38,400 bases of DNA from Candidatus Bathyarchaeota archaeon (GCA_020350385.1 CP070714.1:581861-620260), one strand, 5' to 3'. Shown: positions 1-8,782, counted from the stretch's first letter. The notes: generated by a model not told the origin, from the sequence alone. Translations and numbers: made by a program.

Positions 1-43
1 GAAAGGGCACGCGCCAAATTGAAAAAGGAGGTACGACGTAAAA

Positions 44-202
44 TTGAAAAAATATGCTTGCATACAAGTTAATCACCACAAAGAGGTACCTACAGCAATT
101 GCTGACATGCAGAACCAAGGTTGGCGTCTTCACACCTATCAAGCTACTGGGTTTGGTACAGATGTAAAGCACTACCTACTTTTTGAAAAGGGTGACTCCT
201 GA
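44..202 (+). CDS. small hypothetical protein (52 aa, below ORF-track cutoff)
   Basis: Hand translation gives TTG at 44, preceded by AAGGAGG at 25-31, and a TGA stop at 200-202. The product is (M)KKYACIQVNHHKEVPTAIADMQNQGWRLHTYQATGFGTDVKHYLLFEKGDS. The GW.L....hyLLF.K pattern is reminiscent of small DUF4177-like proteins. The antisense track ORF 172..405 looks spurious. Confidence 0.35.
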   Translation: MKKYACIQVNHHKEVPTAIADMQNQGWRLHTYQATGFGTDVKHYLLFEKGDS

Positions 203-652
203 AAATAGACCGCGAATGCCCTCTCCACACTGAAGGGCAACGCAGTCAAAAACCAACATAGGAATGACACACAGCCAACACCACGTCTTTTCCGCCAATT
301 CACATAAAAAGTGCCTTCTGCTTCCGCAGTCCTCAAGGTAAACTTTTCCTTTTTTGCAGAAAAAGTCGTTGCGACTAAAAGTTTACTCTCTCGGAACAGG
401 CACACAAAAAGGGGCGCATATCAATCCCAACAAGGAATGAGTAACAATGGAAAACCAAAAAATGACGCGAGAAAAAACTAAATACTCATACAAAACTATC
501 CAAAATATGTCCATTTTAGGGAGAGAAAAAGAATGAAAGAAGAAAAAGAAGACCAAAAGAAATTACTTTGCCCTAAGGCTTGTGTCCTAAACCAGGCTAG
601 ACGACGACCGCTACACATTAGTTTCATGAAAAAAGGCTATTTTAGGCTTCTC

Positions 653-667
653 TAAGCTTAATATTAT
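653..667 (+). promoter_or_regulatory. orphan BRE/TATA-like box (TAAGCTTAATATTAT)
   Basis: It shares the AAGCTTAATAT core of the lysW promoter box. Only a 34-codon ORF (ATG 687) lies at the expected TSS distance. Confidence 0.25.
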
Positions 668-912
668 CATAGTCTTAAACTATTCAATGTTCTCTTTTAA
701 GCGGTGTCTGGTGAATACTGATTTGGGCATTCTTTTCTGCAACAGATATTTCTCAACTAAAAGTCCGTTCCTCGCCATTAATGTTCTATAGAACCTCTTA
801 AGCATCTAGGAGCTATTTTTTGTTCAAAGTTGAAAGGAAATTGAAATTATTAGTTAGCTATATACCTACATGTTAAAAATTCTTATTAGCTCATTCAATA
901 CAAAGGCATTTT

Positions 913-1092
913 ATGCACAAACGAAACAGAGCAGCCCTGTTTCTATTGATACCCATAGTAATTTTCATGTGGTTTATTGGATGGTGCCTGTATTGGATAG
1001 GCTCCAGAGAAGATGCCATACCAAGGAAGATGTCTGATCTGAACGAGTTAACCTTCACTGTCCAAATACCAGAAGAAAAGTATGCAACATAA
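913..1092 (+). CDS. small single-pass membrane protein (59 aa), hypothetical
   Basis: ATG at 913 and TAA at 1090-1092. The product is MHKRNRAALFLLIPIVIFMWFIGWCLYWIGSREDAIPRKMSDLNELTFTVQIPEEKYAT, with one clear TM helix after a basic N-terminus. A TATA-like CTATATAC lies about 50 nt upstream and AAGG lies 8 nt upstream of the ATG. Confidence 0.3.
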   Translation: MHKRNRAALFLLIPIVIFMWFIGWCLYWIGSREDAIPRKMSDLNELTFTVQIPEEKYAT

Positions 1093-1358
1093 CAGGCTGG
1101 TCTCTAAGCCATAGCTCCTAACGAATTTGTACCACATTCTATCCAAGTTAACCTTTACAAAATGAATATAGATTTTTTAGCTAGGTTTTTTCGCTCGCAG
1201 CGTCATCTCTCGGCATTCTTCCTGATCCACCTATTGATGAACTTACTAGTTCAATAGAGCCGCCAATCACATTCCTTGCTACAACTGTAATTCTGATTAG
1301 TTACCAAGCACCAATTCTTGGCTAAGAAAGAAAAACAGCAAAGTCACAAAAAGTCAGA

Positions 1359-1886
1359 CTAGGATAAAGCCTTCAAGTTTTCTTCTGCAAATGCATTTAT
1401 CCTGAAATGCACGTAAACAGCAACCATTGTTTCTAGGGCTATTATAATCGCCAGAAAAATAGCAAGCATCCTCGTCACACCTACAAATATCTGCCCCGCC
1501 TGAGAATCTATGTAGCCGTCAACTGTGGCTATCCAGCTCCAGTAACTGGGTTCTTGCATAATCATAAACGCTTCCAAATCCACTGTAATCCACCAACAAA
1601 TAGCCATGACAAGGACTGCAAGCGCGCTACCGATTATGGTTAGGTTTTTCCAATCTGAAGCCAACGAGGAAGAACATGATATTCGCGTTCTAGAATCCAC
1701 TGGAGAAAGACGGCAGCTTACTACCTTCTTGGCAGTTCCAGGGGAAATGCCCCACAGCGAACCCTGCTTGACCGAAATAAACGTTGGCGGTTCCTCAGCA
1801 ACTACTTTGCAACCTTTCCTGATCAAAAGGGCCTTCAAATCTGCATAGGCTTCGTTGTTTCCCAAACTCACTGTTCGCTCAAACAA
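1359..1886 (-). CDS. hypothetical membrane protein (soluble N-terminal domain plus 2 TM helices)
   Basis: Track ORF with a TTG start. It has two long hydrophobic segments (LTIIGSALAVLVMAICWWITV and MLAIFLAIIIALETMVAVYV). It is co-oriented with the zinc-finger gene and lies 35 nt downstream of it. No family recognised. Confidence 0.55.
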   Translation of the reverse strand: MFERTVSLGNNEAYADLKALLIRKGCKVVAEEPPTFISVKQGSLWGISPGTAKKVVSCRLSPVDSRTRISCSSSLASDWKNLTIIGSALAVLVMAICWWITVDLEAFMIMQEPSYWSWIATVDGYIDSQAGQIFVGVTRMLAIFLAIIIALETMVAVYVHFRINAFAEENLKALS

Positions 1887-1920
1887 GAATAAACCTCAAA
1901 ACGTGTATTTGTTTCACGGA

Positions 1921-2580
1921 TTATTGTGGTTTTTCATCAGGCTTGAAAAGTTTTTTCTCATGCGCTGGTCGGGGCTTAAGACCCCTAATTTTTCCACGGC
2001 CTGCAGCGCGTTGGCGCTCTAAATTCTTAATTCGTGCATAAAGCTTCGACACTTTCGTCTTAGACGGCGCCTTACGCTTCGACGCGCGAACGGGAACAGG
2101 CGTAAAAGGCTTATCTATCTTATTCCTAGCACGTTTGGATCTTTTAAAAGGCACTTTACGCACTTTCTTGAACACCACACGGCCCTCTTTCAGGTTTACT
2201 TCCTGCACCTCCCAACCCGCGTCCAACCAAGCTCGGGCATGAGCCCTCGATGGCGAATTACGCCACCATGCCTCATCTCTATAAGCACTCATCGGAAGAT
2301 TGCTTCCAATCAGCCCGTCGATTCGAGCAAAAGAAAGACGAACAAACCGGGTGAAAGCGCCTCTGAACTTCAAATGAGACGTAAGCCCGCCGTACTTTGA
2401 CCGTGAGCGTGGCGAAACAATCCGTCGAGCACAGTGCAAGCAAAGCATCATGGTTGGGTCTCCAGTGGCAACATCAGGCACCATACAATCTCGACAGAAC
2501 AACCGCTTGCATCTTTGGCACTTTCGCATGTAAGCAACCCGAAGTACTCTCCCGCAGATTCCACATTCATCCTTGACCAT
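1921..2580 (-). CDS. zinc-finger protein: 8-Cys cross-brace finger, conserved WW.N/AGW domain, Lys/Arg-rich tail
   Basis: Track ORF 1921..2589 has a GTG start; an ATG at 2580 gives MVKDECGICG. The cysteine pattern is CxxC-x11-CxxC-x4-CxxC-x14-CxxC, with an RKCQRCKRLFCRDC core. The middle segment is LPMSAYRDEAWWRNSPSRAHARAWLDAGWEVQEV. The C-terminal 85 aa or so are roughly one third K/R. Confidence 0.7.
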   Translation of the reverse strand: MVKDECGICGRVLRVAYMRKCQRCKRLFCRDCMVPDVATGDPTMMLCLHCARRIVSPRSRSKYGGLTSHLKFRGAFTRFVRLSFARIDGLIGSNLPMSAYRDEAWWRNSPSRAHARAWLDAGWEVQEVNLKEGRVVFKKVRKVPFKRSKRARNKIDKPFTPVPVRASKRKAPSKTKVSKLYARIKNLERQRAAGRGKIRGLKPRPAHEKKLFKPDEKPQ

Positions 2581-2744
2581 TGCTACCACACAAGAATCGC
2601 TGCAGAAACGCCTTTAACAATACTTATGCAAGGCTCGCGATATTAACCTTAACTTTGACAACCGCCATGAGAAACAATGGGTAGACCCCCTGCAAGGTTA
2701 GCGCACGCGCTATCTTATTATCTTTAAATGAAGATATTGTTTAA

Positions 2745-3977
2745 TTGAGTGAAGTTTACTTGTTGACCATTGGTATAGTTGGGAAGACAAATACAGGTAA
2801 AACAACCTTATTCAATGCAGCGACTCTTCTAAACGCAAAAATATCCAATTTTCCATTCACCACAAAGGAGCCAAATGCAGGTACTGCATATGTCTGCGAT
2901 ATCTGTGTGTGCAAAGAGCTAGACGTAAAGGATAACCCGTTGAATTCAACATGCATAGATGGCTGGCGATATGTCCCGGTAAAGATCGTTGATGTACCTG
3001 GATTAGTGAAAGACGCATGGACGGGTCGAGGACTTGGAAATCAATTTCTTTCTGTCATCGGACAAGCCGACGCGCTAATCCATGTAGTAGACGCCTCAGG
3101 TTCAATTGATGCTGACGGCAAAATAACCCAACCTGGAAGTGGTAACCCTGTACAAGACGCAATTGACATCGAAATGGAACTGAATAGATGGATTGCAGAA
3201 ATAATTGAGCGCAATAGACAATTCATAATCCGCGAAGCATCATCCTCATCTCTAGAAGAAGCAATTGCGAAATCCTTGTCAGGAGTAAAAGCCAATCCGT
3301 TACAGGTATTTCAGGCCTTAGAGAAAACAGAGCTCAAAGACGTTCCATTCATTAAGTGGGATCTCAATCAAACCATTAAATTCGCTACGTTCCTCCTTCC
3401 AATTATCAAGCCAACACTAATTATAGCAAATAAAATGGACATTCTCACCTCTGAGAGCTACCTTCCAATGTTAACCGAGTACTATGGTCGCAGCCTAGTT
3501 GCAGCCTGTTCTGCCAAGGCAGAACTGGTTCTTAGAAGGGCAGAGAAGATGGGGTTACTTCAGTATACGCCGGGTCAAGAGAAGTTCAGAATAAAGGAAA
3601 ATGTTAGACTCACGGCAAATCAACGGGGCGCTTTAAGGTACATTGAAACGAGGGTCATGGCAAAATGGATAAGTACTGGTATCCAACAAGCCCTTAACAC
3701 TGTCGTTTTCAAACTTTTAAAAAACAATATGATTTACCCTGTTAGCGACGAATTCAAGTACACGGATCATCACGGAAACGTGCTTCCCGATGTGTACTTG
3801 ATGCCAGACGGCTCAACCCCCATTGACCTCGCCCGAAACATACACACAAACCTTGCAAAGAACTACATTCTTGCAATCGACGCCAAAACAGGAATACGGC
3901 TCCCTAAGAGTTACAATCTAAGACATAAAGATTTGGTAAAAATCGTGACTCGCCCTACAACGAAACGAAGAAAATAG
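2745..3977 (+). CDS. Obg-like (YchF/DRG-related) GTPase with C-terminal TGS-like domain
   Basis: G1 motif GKTNTGKTT, a TT in the switch I region (PFTTKEP), G3 DVPG and G4 NKMD. The C-terminal segment IRLPKSYNLRHKDLVKIV is TGS-like. The start is uncertain: TTG at 2745, or TTG at 2760/2763 if the transcript is near-leaderless from the TATA-like CTTTAAAT at about 2722-2730. Confidence 0.85.
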   Translation: MSEVYLLTIGIVGKTNTGKTTLFNAATLLNAKISNFPFTTKEPNAGTAYVCDICVCKELDVKDNPLNSTCIDGWRYVPVKIVDVPGLVKDAWTGRGLGNQFLSVIGQADALIHVVDASGSIDADGKITQPGSGNPVQDAIDIEMELNRWIAEIIERNRQFIIREASSSSLEEAIAKSLSGVKANPLQVFQALEKTELKDVPFIKWDLNQTIKFATFLLPIIKPTLIIANKMDILTSESYLPMLTEYYGRSLVAACSAKAELVLRRAEKMGLLQYTPGQEKFRIKENVRLTANQRGALRYIETRVMAKWISTGIQQALNTVVFKLLKNNMIYPVSDEFKYTDHHGNVLPDVYLMPDGSTPIDLARNIHTNLAKNYILAIDAKTGIRLPKSYNLRHKDLVKIVTRPTTKRRK

Positions 3978-4094
3978 CTAGGCCTAAGTAGACACCGTTC
4001 AGATTTTCCGCACGTCCAAAATATTTAAAGCACCGAAGATTCAGGTGAAGAGGTTTGACGCTTGACGTAGGTATCCCCAACAAATTAATATTTC

Positions 4095-4358
4095 ATGGTG
4101 GCTTTGTATGTTTGGGTGATTTGTTCTTTGTTATCTGCTTGTGTTCTGATAAGAACTGTGCATGGTAGATTTGAGGATGTTGTTAGCTCATTTCGCCATT
4201 GGAAAGCTGTCAAGCGAGTCTTCCCAACTCTTGGAAGATACGATGTTGTAGTGGACCTTGAAGCCTTGGATCTTAAGGAGCTAGATGCTACAGTGCTAAG
4301 GATGGGAAATTTTGCTGGCGTAGTCTTTACTGAAACCCTCGTAGAGATACAACATTAG
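4095..4358 (+). CDS. stand-alone Lrp/AsnC ligand-binding (RAM) domain protein
   Basis: ACVLIRTVHGRFEDVVSSFRHWKAVKRVFPTLGRYDVVVDLEALDLKELDATVLRMGNFAGVVFTETLV matches the RAM-domain pattern (hydrophobic strand, G.yD, TET motif), and there is no HTH. The real start may be GTG 4116 or TTG 4128. Confidence 0.7.
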   Translation: MVALYVWVICSLLSACVLIRTVHGRFEDVVSSFRHWKAVKRVFPTLGRYDVVVDLEALDLKELDATVLRMGNFAGVVFTETLVEIQH

Positions 4359-4371
4359 AGAGGAAGAAGAT

Positions 4372-4596
4372 GTGCTAAACGCTTGTGTACTACTTAAGGT
4401 CGTGCCTACAAAAGCAAATATAATTCTAGACTCAGTTAGGAAAGTTGCTCGCGTTAGAAAGGCTTACTTCACATACGGAAGATTCGACATAGCAATCTTT
4501 GTTGAGGTTGAAGATTACAAAAAGCTACGAGAAATCACAACCCAAATTAACGGCATAGAAGGCGTAAGAAGCACAGAAACACTGCCTGAAGCCTAA
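4372..4596 (+). CDS. stand-alone Lrp/AsnC ligand-binding (RAM) domain protein
   Basis: ACVLLKVVPTKANIILDSVRKVARVRKAYFTYGRFDIAIFVEVEDYKKLREITTQINGIEGVRSTETL is a typical 74-aa RAM-only protein. It has a GTG start after GAGAGGAAGAAG and lies 13 nt after the paralogue. Confidence 0.75.
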   Translation: MLNACVLLKVVPTKANIILDSVRKVARVRKAYFTYGRFDIAIFVEVEDYKKLREITTQINGIEGVRSTETLPEA

Positions 4597-4744
4597 TTTC
4601 CCCTTCTCTTTTTCTGTTCTATTTCTTGTTTTGCCAGAACCAAAGAAGAGCTGACAGTCCATCTTGAAGTAGGCTTTGAATGGATCAGAGAAAAAGAGGG
4701 ACTATTCTATCTTGAGAAGCGAAAGTAACCTTCAGCAGGAAATA

Positions 4745-6223
4745 TTAGCCTTTAACAACCGCTAGAGGAACAAGCCTCGCAACCTTACTGGCAATTCCAA
4801 TTTGGTCGCTGACTTCCACAACAACGTCCACGTTCTTGTACGCAGGATCAGCTTCTTCAGCCAAAACCACAGCGCTCGCGGCACGCACAACCATCCCGCG
4901 TTTCTCAAGAGCGGCCTTTACGTCGCCGCCCCAGTACTTTCGCTTAGCCGCGGAGCGACTCATCATCCTGCCCGCCCCATGTGCTGTTGAACCAAAAGTC
5001 AATTCCATGGCTTTCTCTGCGCCTACCAGAACCCATGAACTGGTCCCCATGCTGCCAGGAATAAGCACTGGCTGCCCTTCACTACGATAATCAGCGGGAA
5101 CCTCTACGTGTCCAGGAGGGAAAGCTCTTGTGGCGCCTTTTCTGTGAACCCAAACTTTCTTCTTATCGCCGTTGATCTGGTGAGTTTCCACTTTTGCAAT
5201 GTTATGTGCTACATCATAAACAAGTTTTAACCCGAACTTTTCGGGGTCTTTGTGGTAAACTTGCTGAAAACTCTGGCGAACCCAATGCATAATCGCCTGC
5301 CTATTCGAGAAGGCGTAGTTAACTGCACAAGCCATTGCCTGAAAATAGTCGCCAGCCTCGTTGCTGCTTCCAGGCGCGCATGCCAGTTCCCTGTCAGGTA
5401 AAGCTACCTTGTACTTCTGCGCTGCCCGCTCCATAACCCGCAAGTAATCAGAACACACTTGATGTCCGAATCCTCTAGAACCGCAGTGAATCATCACCAT
5501 AACCTGTCCTTCCTGCTCGATGCCGAAGACCTTGGCTGTTCTCGGATTGTAAATTTTATCAACCTTTTGGATTTCCAAGAAATGGTTGCCCGAGCCCAGA
5601 GTGCCTATCTGCGTTAAGCCTCTGTTTTTGGCGGTTGTTGAAACCTTGCCGGGATCCGCGTTTTTCATACACCCGCGTTCTTCACAGTGTTCAGCATCGT
5701 CAGTCCAGCCTAACCCGCGGTCGATGAGCCACTGCACACCCTTAACCACCAGCCCGTTCAAATCTCCAGCAGTTATCCTAAAGTCTTTTCTTCGGCTCCC
5801 AAGCCCAGAGGGAACGTTTTTAAAAATTGCGCTTGTCAACTGAGCAAGCTTTGGCCGTAGCTGTTGCTCGAAAAGGTTTGTTGTTAAAAGGCGAACACCA
5901 CAGTTAATGTCGTAGCCGACGCCGCCTGGGCTGATCACGCCTTCATCATAATCCGTTGCGGCTACGCCTCCTATGGGAAAACCATAACCTTCGTGGCCGT
6001 CTGGCAAAGTCACAGCGTACTTGTAAATACCGGGCAAGTGTGTAACATTAGTGCATTGCCAAAGAGTTCGGTCAGTCAGCATCTTCTTCAAAAGGCTTTC
6101 GTTGGCAAAAACCATGCCTGGAACACGCATTCCCGGTTTGTACTTCGGGATACGCCACATGTAATTGTCTATTTTTTCAAGAGGAACCTTATCCAGTGGA
6201 TGCCGCCTTGCACCTTTGCCCAT
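4745..6223 (-). CDS. rtcB: RNA 3'-phosphate (tRNA-splicing) ligase RtcB
   Basis: Diagnostic motifs are GYGFPIGGVAA, GGVGYDINCGVRL, GSGNHFLE, HCGSRGFGHQ, IPGSMGTSSW and STAHGAGR. GGAGG lies about 10 nt upstream of the ATG. At 492 aa there is no intein. Confidence 0.97.
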   Translation of the reverse strand: MGKGARRHPLDKVPLEKIDNYMWRIPKYKPGMRVPGMVFANESLLKKMLTDRTLWQCTNVTHLPGIYKYAVTLPDGHEGYGFPIGGVAATDYDEGVISPGGVGYDINCGVRLLTTNLFEQQLRPKLAQLTSAIFKNVPSGLGSRRKDFRITAGDLNGLVVKGVQWLIDRGLGWTDDAEHCEERGCMKNADPGKVSTTAKNRGLTQIGTLGSGNHFLEIQKVDKIYNPRTAKVFGIEQEGQVMVMIHCGSRGFGHQVCSDYLRVMERAAQKYKVALPDRELACAPGSSNEAGDYFQAMACAVNYAFSNRQAIMHWVRQSFQQVYHKDPEKFGLKLVYDVAHNIAKVETHQINGDKKKVWVHRKGATRAFPPGHVEVPADYRSEGQPVLIPGSMGTSSWVLVGAEKAMELTFGSTAHGAGRMMSRSAAKRKYWGGDVKAALEKRGMVVRAASAVVLAEEADPAYKNVDVVVEVSDQIGIASKVARLVPLAVVKG

Positions 6224-6379
6224 AAATTTTCGCCTCCAAACAAAAAGTAGAGGCTACATATAAAACAGTTTTGAACACAAGTCAACTTCTTTCTAGCAGC
6301 CTTCGAAGAACGCATATAAATTTTAATTACGCCTTTCTTTCTTCTTATGGGAAAATACAGTGAGAGGAGAAACGCGAAA

Positions 6380-7033
6380 ATGAACGCAATCATATTTGGA
6401 GCACCAGGTTCTGGGAAAGGCACATACGCGTCAAGACTTCAATCGAGGCTTGGCGTAGAGGTGATTGCCACGGGAGACATTTTTCGAGAAATCATGAAGA
6501 AAGAGACCGCGTTGGGAAAGAAAGTTAAAGGTTACGTGGAAAAGGGACTGCTTGTGCCCGATGACATTGTGATAGAAGTGCTAAAACATCGTCTAGCTAA
6601 GATTCCTAAAGAAAAAGGGTTCATCTTGGATGGTTACCCGCGAACGCTTGAACAGGCTGAGACCCTAGATGAAATCGCCAAAATAGACGTTATACTGTTA
6701 CTAACGGTTCCAGAATGGATCATTATTGAACGCTTGTCCAGCCGGAGGATATGCAAGAACTGCGGCGCAGTCTACAACATACGCTTCTTAAAGCCCAAAG
6801 TGGACATGGTCTGCGACAAGTGCGGTGGACCCTTATTTCAGCGTTCAGATGATAATCCTGAAGTCATAAAAAAAAGAACCCAAGTTTACGAGGAACAAAC
6901 TCGACCAATTTTGCAGTTCTTTGAGGAAAGAAAAGTGCCTTTTGTTGTGGCTAACTGCGATACTTTAGACACACCGCCCGACGCTGTGGTAAAAACAATC
7001 CTGAAGAACCTGAGCAAACTGAAAATGGTCTAG
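6380..7033 (+). CDS. adk: adenylate kinase, long bacterial/eukaryal type with Zn-binding LID
   Basis: P-loop GAPGSGKGT, motif ILDGYPRT, and LID CKNCG-x16-CDKCGG. The track start is 6347; ATG 6380 (MNAIIFGAPG) follows GAGAGGAG and fits the usual N-terminus. Confidence 0.95.
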   Translation: MNAIIFGAPGSGKGTYASRLQSRLGVEVIATGDIFREIMKKETALGKKVKGYVEKGLLVPDDIVIEVLKHRLAKIPKEKGFILDGYPRTLEQAETLDEIAKIDVILLLTVPEWIIIERLSSRRICKNCGAVYNIRFLKPKVDMVCDKCGGPLFQRSDDNPEVIKKRTQVYEEQTRPILQFFEERKVPFVVANCDTLDTPPDAVVKTILKNLSKLKMV

Positions 7034-7479
7034 ATGTCTAGAATAAACTCCAACGTGACCTTGCCTATTTCTTTGATTATTTTCATTCGGTGATAGGTAA
7101 TCGCTTTTACGGCGACTTTTTGTGTGTGTTTTTCCGCGTTGAATTTTTCGCCCCATGCTGTTGCTTTGATTCTAAATCCATCAGAGGTTTCTTCTAGATT
7201 TGAGATTTTGAATTTTGAGTAGAGCATGTTTGTGGTTTCAAGCTTTACTAGCAAGGCTTCAAGCCAGCTGTAGAGAAGCGCGTACTCGTCTTCAGCTTTA
7301 ACCTTAACAGAATCCTCGTCGTTGGGACTGACTTTGTCTGTGTCGGTTATTACTTCGAACATTGCGAGAGCAGCGTTTTCGTACGCCTCTTTCAGTGTTG
7401 TGCCGTGTGCTGCGATGTAGACGTCCGCAGTGTGCTCCAGAAACTCGAACTTCCCTTTTCTATCCATAGTCAAGCCCAT
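7030..7479 (-). CDS. archease (RtcB activator/chaperone family)
   Basis: FEFLEHTADVYIAAHGTTLKEAYENAALAMFEV together with the C-terminal AITYHRMKI are typical archease motifs. An alternative start is ATG 7467. Its stop codon shares the CTAG at 7030-7033 with the convergent adk stop. Confidence 0.9.
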   Translation of the reverse strand: MGLTMDRKGKFEFLEHTADVYIAAHGTTLKEAYENAALAMFEVITDTDKVSPNDEDSVKVKAEDEYALLYSWLEALLVKLETTNMLYSKFKISNLEETSDGFRIKATAWGEKFNAEKHTQKVAVKAITYHRMKIIKEIGKVTLEFILDI

Positions 7480-7549
7480 ATGAAAGATAAAGGAACAAAT
7501 CTAAAAACAATTTCGCATTCGTTGTGATAACTCATGGATTAGTGAAAGT

Positions 7550-8593
7550 CTAGAAGTGTTTTTGGATTTTCTGGATTGCTGCAGCTGTAAGTTTTGCCGA
7601 GTTTTCCGCATCTTTTAGGTTTAGCATTCCTACTGGGCTGTGAATGTAACGAGTTGCAACTGAAACTGTGCCGCTTGGAACGCCTTGTCTAGTTAAGGAT
7701 ATGCGCGCTGCGTCCGTAGAGCCCGGCAAGCCCGTTTCAAGCTGATAGGAGATTTTATTTTCTTCCGCCACATCGAGAAGCAAGCGCAAAACCTTCGGGT
7801 GAGTAATCAAACCCGAATCTGTCACAGTCAGCGTTGGACCTTTACCCATTTTCACATTGGTATCGAATTCTCTCACGCCAGGCACATCACCCGCCACAGT
7901 CACATCCAAGGCTATACCGACATCGGGATCAACGCCGAAGGCCGCCGTTGCCGCGCCCCTTAAGCCCACTTCTTCTTGAACAGTGCCAACAGCGCATATT
8001 GCGCAACTGGTCTTTCCCAGCTGTTTCAGAGTTTCAATCAATATTGCGCAGCCAACTCGGTCGTCAAAGGCTTTGCCAATCACTATATTCTTGCCTATTT
8101 TTGCGTATTTCACGTCGAATGCTACAGGGTCTCCAATCTTTACTCCCATAGTGTTTGCATTTTCGCGGCTTTTCGCTCCGATGTCGATGAAGAGCTCATC
8201 ATATGCTACGATTTTTTTGCGTTCTTCCTCTTTTTGTATGTGAGGAGGCTTGGAACCTATTATCCCGTGTAAGGGACCTTTTCTGGTGTGTATTATCACT
8301 TTTTTAGCTAGTAGAATACGGTCGTCTATGCCGCCCATTTTTGTAAACCGCAGAAACCCTTCTTTAGTAATGGTTTTCACCATCAAGCCAACTTCGTCCA
8401 TATGCGCTGCAAGCATAACCTTCGGCGAGGACCTCTTGCCTTTTTTTATGGCGATGACGTTTTCAAGTTTATCCACGACAATTTCGTCCACATACGGTTT
8501 CATCAACTTAGTCATGAGGTTTCTGACTTCTTCCTCTCTGCCAGTTACGCCGTAAGCGTTAGAGAGTTTTTCTAAATTCTCACTCAGCGACAT
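7550..8593 (-). CDS. M42 family (TET/FrvX-like) aminopeptidase
   Basis: YGVTGREEEVRNLM, AHMDEVGLMV, FDDRVGCA and VQEEVGLRGA are M42 metal-binding motifs. The track ORF extends to 8713, but ATG 8593 (MSLSENLEKL) gives the canonical N-terminus. Confidence 0.9.
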   Translation of the reverse strand: MSLSENLEKLSNAYGVTGREEEVRNLMTKLMKPYVDEIVVDKLENVIAIKKGKRSSPKVMLAAHMDEVGLMVKTITKEGFLRFTKMGGIDDRILLAKKVIIHTRKGPLHGIIGSKPPHIQKEEERKKIVAYDELFIDIGAKSRENANTMGVKIGDPVAFDVKYAKIGKNIVIGKAFDDRVGCAILIETLKQLGKTSCAICAVGTVQEEVGLRGAATAAFGVDPDVGIALDVTVAGDVPGVREFDTNVKMGKGPTLTVTDSGLITHPKVLRLLLDVAEENKISYQLETGLPGSTDAARISLTRQGVPSGTVSVATRYIHSPVGMLNLKDAENSAKLTAAAIQKIQKHF

Positions 8594-8782
8594 GAATACG
8601 CCTTCTTTCAGGTTTATGTTAGAACTCTGAGAAGTAGTTATTAAACAATTTCGTTGGCAGTCTTGGTAGTTTCTGAGTTTGAAAGAAAAAACTGAAGATA
8701 ATAATATTAACATCTAACACACAACCGAAAAAAAGCAATTCTTAAAAGTTTAGCTCGCATTATCAGTTAGAAGTGACCTAAA

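Noticed and set aside
1-72. Possible 3' end of an upstream + strand gene (ERARAKLKKEVRRKIEKICLHTS*)
   Set aside because: Only 23 codons are visible. They are compatible with a coiled-coil tail but are unverifiable, so it is not reported as a feature.
364-375. Third occurrence (minus strand) of the 10-mer AGTCGCAACG from the conserved lysW/argG element
   Set aside because: Only the 10-mer matches. The flanking TATA-like boxes and the CAAATGG half-site are absent, and no arg-related gene is nearby. I treat it as a chance match.
172-405. 77-aa minus-strand track ORF
   Set aside because: The product has odd composition (MCLFRESKLLVATTFSAKKEKF...) and I saw no start context or motif. It overlaps the better-supported + strand small ORF 44-202. 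It is probably a chance ORF in AT-rich spacer.
1233-1296. C/D-box sRNA candidate (TGATGA at 1234-1239, CTGA at 1292-1295)
   Set aside because: There are no internal D'/C' boxes and no complementary terminal stem. The spacing alone is not evidence.
8594-8713. N-terminal 40-aa extension of the M42 peptidase ORF, and similar 5' extensions at 6347, 10951, 12250, 16674, 34654 and 35896
   Set aside because: The extensions lack similarity to the family N-termini, overlap upstream genes or promoter elements, and have internal starts with better RBS context.
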